Translations under genes and position numbers: made by a program
NCBI GenBank assembly: GCA_964291655.2
Contig: OZ219802.1
Span: forward strand, 1,056,001 to 1,120,000
DNA: 64,000 nt
Direction: 5' to 3'
Source of the DNA: Chloroflexota bacterium
GTDB taxonomy: Bacteria; Chloroflexota; UBA11872; VXOZ01
Notes under the pieces: model-generated
Told to the model about the DNA's origin: nothing
The model's input: the letters and a program-made list of their open reading frames with translations, nothing else
The model's database searches: none
Shown here: piece after piece, positions 59,520-64,000 of the stretch
Layout of the letters: the number at the start of each line of letters is the position of its first letter
Position numbering within the stretch: position 1 is the first letter of the stretch

Positions 59520-59823
59520 TGTCAAGGGAGTGGGGACTTCCTCGCAGCGGCGAGACTTGTGCAATGGTTTCCTTTAGGGAACGGCATTGTTCTACTTGCC
59601 CTTGCAAAGCGGCACCATGCACGCCGTTTACGAGCGGGCGTAGTGGAAAGTCCTTTTCCTGCGTGCCTCACCTATGTGCCGCTCTTGCGGCATTCTGGGA
59701 GAATCCCGTTGCAACAGTCAGCCTACAAACAAAATTGCGTGGTGGCTCGGTATAATTGAGGTAGATGGTTTCACAAAGAAGCAATCACCAATGAATGTCG
59801 GCATCTCAAAGAGGAGGCCTCTA

Positions 59824-61467
59824 GTGATTAGCCGGATACATCGTAGTATTACGGTTCTCTTAGCGACGGCGGCGCTCGCGGTCGCTGTCTCGTGCAGTGT
59901 GCAAGTGGTTCAGCCCCCACCCGACCCCGCGGAAGATCCTGCGGCATACACCCAGTACTCTGTGGAACAGGCGATAGCCTACTACGAGGCACACGGACTT
60001 GAGGCGACCGTTGCCCACTACAATACGCCCGAGAGCATCGACGGAGACTGGTACGTCTTCATCTTTGATGAGAGTGATGTCATGCTTGCCCATGCCGCCG
60101 TGCCGGCGAACGTGGGACTGCACGCCGATCTTGTGCTGGGGCGAGGCGGCTATCCGGCGGGAGCACAGGTAGCGGCAGCGGCCACTGAGGAAGGCGCGTG
60201 GACAGACTACACGTACATTAACCCCAATGCGAACGCGTTCCAGTCGAAGCATTCCTGGGTGGTACGGCACGACGGTCTGATCTTTGGTTCCGGTTGGTAT
60301 GAAGACGGGGCGACTAAGGCGGATCCGGCCGGGTACACGCAGGCTTTCGTAGAGCAAGCAATCAGGCTGTATGACGCGATTGGACTTGAAGACACCGTAG
60401 CGTACTACAACACATCCGAGAGCATCGATGGAGCGTGGTACGTCTTCATCGCTGACGAGAATGACATCATGATTGCGCATGCCGCCGTGCCGGCGAACGT
60501 TGGGCTCCCCCCTGAGCAAATCCTTGGGCCTGGTGGCTATCCAGCGGGAGCGCAGGTCGCAGCGGCAGCAACAATAGAGGGCGCGTGGACGGACTATACG
60601 TACATCAATCCTTCCACCGGGGCGTTCCAGTCAAAACATACGTGGGTGGTGCGGTACGACGGGTTGGTCTTTGGCTCCGGTTGGTACGAAGACGGGGCAT
60701 CCAAGTCTGATCCCGCGGCGTTCACCCAAGCGTTTGTAGCGCAGTCGATTCGGCTCTATGACGCCATTGGACGAGAGGCCACATTCGACTACTACAATAC
60801 GCTGGAGAGCGTCGACGACGATTGGTACGTTTTCATCATCGATGAGAATGAGAACACGGTTGTCCAGCCCACGCGGCCTGAAATCCGCGGCACTTCGCCC
60901 ACGACCCGGGTTGACGTCCGTGGCAAAGCCTACGGTGAGGAACTCGTCCAAGCCACTGCTGAAGGCATCTGGGTGGACTACTACTTCCTGAATCCGGCCA
61001 CCGGCTATGAGGAGCAGAAGCATGCCTGGGTGGTGAAGCACGACGGCTTGATCTTCGGTTCCGGCTGGTACGAACGCGCCGCAGCGGAAGACGATGCGAC
61101 GTATACGCAGTCCTTCGTGCACCGCGCGATCCAGCGCTACGATGCTCAGGGTCGTGAAGCCTCCCTTGAGTTCTTCAGCTCAGAGCAAAGCGTGCAGGGC
61201 CAGTGGTACGTCTTCGTCCTCGATGAGAACCAGGTGACTATTGCTCATCCCAATCCGGAGCACATCGGCCGCACGCGGGAGCAGCGCATCGATAGGCGCG
61301 ACTACGACTACGGTGCAGAGTTCTTGACGGCCACCGAGGAAGGCAAGTGGGTTGATTACGTATTTCTCGACTTGGAAACCAACCAGGAGAGGCTGAAGCA
61401 TACTTGGTTGATCAAGCACGATGGGCTGTACTTTGGTTCCGGCTGGTATGAGGATTTAGAGGAGTAG
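59824..61467 (+). CDS. Lipoprotein made of four tandem single Cache domains
   Basis: GAGGAGG RBS before GTG, AVSC lipobox-like signal, and four ~130-aa repeats YTQ..V..AI..Y...G..WYVFI.DE..KH.W...DGL.FGSGWYE. Confidence 0.88.
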   Translation: MISRIHRSITVLLATAALAVAVSCSVQVVQPPPDPAEDPAAYTQYSVEQAIAYYEAHGLEATVAHYNTPESIDGDWYVFIFDESDVMLAHAAVPANVGLHADLVLGRGGYPAGAQVAAAATEEGAWTDYTYINPNANAFQSKHSWVVRHDGLIFGSGWYEDGATKADPAGYTQAFVEQAIRLYDAIGLEDTVAYYNTSESIDGAWYVFIADENDIMIAHAAVPANVGLPPEQILGPGGYPAGAQVAAAATIEGAWTDYTYINPSTGAFQSKHTWVVRYDGLVFGSGWYEDGASKSDPAAFTQAFVAQSIRLYDAIGREATFDYYNTLESVDDDWYVFIIDENENTVVQPTRPEIRGTSPTTRVDVRGKAYGEELVQATAEGIWVDYYFLNPATGYEEQKHAWVVKHDGLIFGSGWYERAAAEDDATYTQSFVHRAIQRYDAQGREASLEFFSSEQSVQGQWYVFVLDENQVTIAHPNPEHIGRTREQRIDRRDYDYGAEFLTATEEGKWVDYVFLDLETNQERLKHTWLIKHDGLYFGSGWYEDLEE

Positions 61468-61624
61468 CGCCAAAGTCGGTTTGGGGCATTCGCCGGAAAG
61501 AACCTAAAAGCCTGTTTACGTTCGCCAATTCATTTCAGTCCCATTCACCCTTCGACAAGCTCAGGGCGAGCGTTGCGCGACCAGACAAGAAGCTTGAAAA
61601 CAGGCTGTAAGGATATGCACATAG

Positions 61625-61663
61625 CACGCGGCAGGCGTTTGCAGCGCCTGCCGCGTATTGCTT
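61625..61663 (+). terminator. Putative intrinsic terminator hairpin
   Basis: ACGCGGCAGGCG-TTTGCAG-CGCCTGCCGCGT followed by ATTGCTTT. Confidence 0.55.
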
Positions 61664-61938
61664 TATCGTGCATGAGGGGGCGAGTGAGCGGATTGACACT
61701 AATCCTTGCCACACTCCCGGAGCCGGACAGGTAAGCGGGATGGGCGGCTCCGGCTTGGAGCGCGCCTGCCGGTACTCCCTTTACCCGAAATTCACGCGCC
61801 TGTGCGCGAAGCGTTCGCTATAATGAGCGGTAACTCGCATGCGGACAAACGTCGTGTGGGGCAGCGGAGGCAAAGAATCAACCCGCTGCACACAGTAGTC
61901 ACTGGATGGGCCGATATTGTAGAGAAAGGGGTGCGCTG

Positions 61939-63213
61939 ATGGCCAATGGACTACAAGCCGGAGTAGGGCGCGCGACGATTACACCGCCACTCGGTACGTG
62001 GCTGTGTGGGTTCGGCAACCGCGAACACGGGTGCGATGCCATCCTCGACGATCTCTACGCCACGACGCTCGTGCTTGCGAATGACGAGACTACCATCGCT
62101 ATTGTGAGCTGTGACGTTTGCGGGATACCGTCACAGCAAGTGGCCGCACTGCGCGCTTTGATTGCGAAGCGTACCGGCATCCCCGCTGCCCATGTGCTGG
62201 TCAACACCTCACATACGCACTCCGGCCCGTTCACGAGCATTCATGCCGACATGTCGGACCACGAACGGGCGTATTCCACGAATCTGATACACGCCATTGC
62301 CGGTTCGGTCGAAATGGCGCAAAGCAGTTTAGAGGCGTGCTGGATAACCCACAGCGCCGGCAGCGTGGCTGTGAACGTCAATCGCCGCCAAACGCACACT
62401 GGCGGTAGCATGGTACTCGGCGAAAACGCGCGCGGCGCGCTGGATACCACTGTGCAACTCTTGCGCATAGATACAGATGACGGCGAACCGCTGGCCGCGA
62501 TGGTGCATTATGCGTGCCATCCCGTGGTGCTCTTTCCGCCCAGCCATGCCGTCTCCGCCGATTTCGTGGGCGTCGCCCGCGGCCTCTTCGAAGCGGCAAG
62601 TGGGGCAACCATGCTCTTCTTGCAGGGAGCGTGCGGTAACATCAACCCTATCGGCCAACGCAGTGAGATGGATATGCAAGAACGCCTTTGGGGCGTGGGC
62701 AGCGCTCTGGGAGCGGAGGCCCTGAAAGTCTATTCGCTCAGTGGCCTGCGCTCAGCCTTTGGGGAAGCCACGCCGCTCGAACCCGAGCTTGGGGCCGCGC
62801 ACGAAACGCTAGCGCTCGAATTGCTGCCGCCGGGTGAACCACCATCCACGTTTCGGACGCGCACACCGGCTCTTCGCTACTGGACGCCGCCGCTGGTTGG
62901 CGAGAACCAAGTGGCATTTGAAGTGCAGGCGCTCCGCATTGGCGACGTGGCCTTGGTTGGCGGCGCCGGTGAGGTCTTCATCGAGCTTGCTCAGGCGGTA
63001 CAGGAGCGCTCGCCCTTTGCGCATACCATGTACCTGGGCTATGCCAACGGCGATATCGGCTATATTCCCACCGCCGCCGCCTACGCCGAGGGCGGCTACG
63101 AGGTCGATGTCGCCCACTTCCACTACAGTCTCCCCGCCGCGGTCGCACCAAATAGCGCCGAGCGGGTCGTGGACGCCAGCGTGGCACTCTTGGATTCCCT
63201 TTACGAAAGCTAA
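61939..63213 (+). CDS. Neutral/alkaline ceramidase-like N-terminal domain protein
   Basis: AGVGRATITPP, DDLYA, SHTHSGP, YACHP, SADF, LQGACGNINP and GYIPT..GGYE. Confidence 0.85.
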   Translation: MANGLQAGVGRATITPPLGTWLCGFGNREHGCDAILDDLYATTLVLANDETTIAIVSCDVCGIPSQQVAALRALIAKRTGIPAAHVLVNTSHTHSGPFTSIHADMSDHERAYSTNLIHAIAGSVEMAQSSLEACWITHSAGSVAVNVNRRQTHTGGSMVLGENARGALDTTVQLLRIDTDDGEPLAAMVHYACHPVVLFPPSHAVSADFVGVARGLFEAASGATMLFLQGACGNINPIGQRSEMDMQERLWGVGSALGAEALKVYSLSGLRSAFGEATPLEPELGAAHETLALELLPPGEPPSTFRTRTPALRYWTPPLVGENQVAFEVQALRIGDVALVGGAGEVFIELAQAVQERSPFAHTMYLGYANGDIGYIPTAAAYAEGGYEVDVAHFHYSLPAAVAPNSAERVVDASVALLDSLYES

Positions 63214-63266
63214 TGGGCGGGTTGTTTGCAGATACGGGCATCAAACGTTAGCACATGAGGTAGCTT

Positions 63267-64000
63267 ATGTTTTCGCTTGGCGTAATGACTGATGAAGTCT
63301 CGCAGGACCTGGCGCATGCCCTCGACGTGATCGAGGAGTTTGGCGTGCGCACGGTCGAACTGCACAGCATTTGGGACAAGAACATCTGCGACCTGGACAG
63401 TCATGAGCTGACTCAAGTCCTGCGCATGGTGCGCCAGCGGGGCTTCGCCGTGTGCGATATTGCCTCGCTCTTCCTGCGGTGTCCCATCGATGATCTGGAT
63501 GCCTACAACGAGCACATCAAGATACTGGAACGGTCGATTCAGATTGCGCCGCTCTTCGACTGCCAACTTGTGCGCTGCTTCTCGTTCTGGCGTGAAGATG
63601 ATCTCGATGCGCACTGGGAGACAATCCTCGCACGGCTGGAATTGCCGGTGCGCATGGCGGAGTCCGCCGGGGTGACGCTGGCATTCGAGAACGTGCGCTC
63701 GTGCAACATTGGGACCGGCGCGGAGACGACGCGCTTGATGGAAGAGATAAACTCGCCGAACCTGCGCGTGATCTGGGACCCGGGCAATGCGTACGTGTCC
63801 GGCGAGGCGCGGCCCTACCCCGACGGCTACGAAGCGGTGAAGCCCTGGATCATCCACGTGCACGTGAAGGATGCGGTGCTCAGCCCTGCGGGCGAATCGG
63901 TGTGGAAGCCCATTGGCGCGGGCAAGGTAGACTACTCCGGTCAGATGAAGGCGCTGGCGGACGACGGCTACGAGGGTGTGGTGTCGCTGGAGACCCACTA
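63267..64000 (+). CDS. Sugar phosphate isomerase/epimerase (3' truncated by window; absent from ORF track)
   Basis: GAGG RBS, MFSLGVMTDEVSQD, LAFEN, IWDPGNA, HVHVKD and GVVSLETH. Frame is open to the window end. Confidence 0.9.
   Translation, partial: MFSLGVMTDEVSQDLAHALDVIEEFGVRTVELHSIWDKNICDLDSHELTQVLRMVRQRGFAVCDIASLFLRCPIDDLDAYNEHIKILERSIQIAPLFDCQLVRCFSFWREDDLDAHWETILARLELPVRMAESAGVTLAFENVRSCNIGTGAETTRLMEEINSPNLRVIWDPGNAYVSGEARPYPDGYEAVKPWIIHVHVKDAVLSPAGESVWKPIGAGKVDYSGQMKALADDGYEGVVSLETH

Noticed and set aside
63210-63998. 262-aa minus-strand ORF
   Set aside because: It is the antisense shadow of the plus-strand sugar phosphate isomerase that runs off the window end.
1-64000. tRNA, rRNA, prophage or integrase genes
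   Set aside because: I recognised no cloverleaf or T-loop consensus, rRNA-like tract, or phage or recombinase motifs by eye. A tRNAscan or Infernal run would be needed to exclude small RNAs fully.

Overview
About 60% GC bacterial chromosomal segment, most consistent with Chloroflexota. The gene repertoire resembles sponge- or host-associated lineages (inference only). It holds about 53 genes: scattered housekeeping genes (dapL with a 1-nt frameshift, dapF, miaA, rluB-cmk), many catabolic or orphan enzymes, four orphan Tat-lipoprotein solute-binding proteins, and eukaryote-like or surface proteins (two tandem ERG4/ERG24 sterol reductases, ankyrin, NHL, VWA+PD40, a four-Cache lipoprotein). I found no rRNA, tRNA, CRISPR array or intact transposase. 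The main features not evident from the ORF track are: (1) an intact DUF4238 gene between decayed hsdS and hsdR remnants; (2) three tandem small lipoproteins sharing an unrecognised two-cysteine domain; (3) an Lnt-like protein with its catalytic Cys replaced by Ala, in an apparent operon with an ankyrin gene; (4) two different MITE types inserted at the centre of the same REP palindrome family, one nested in a copy of itself; (5) dense intergenic REP-like repeats. All assignments come from motif recognition by eye; no database searches were run.
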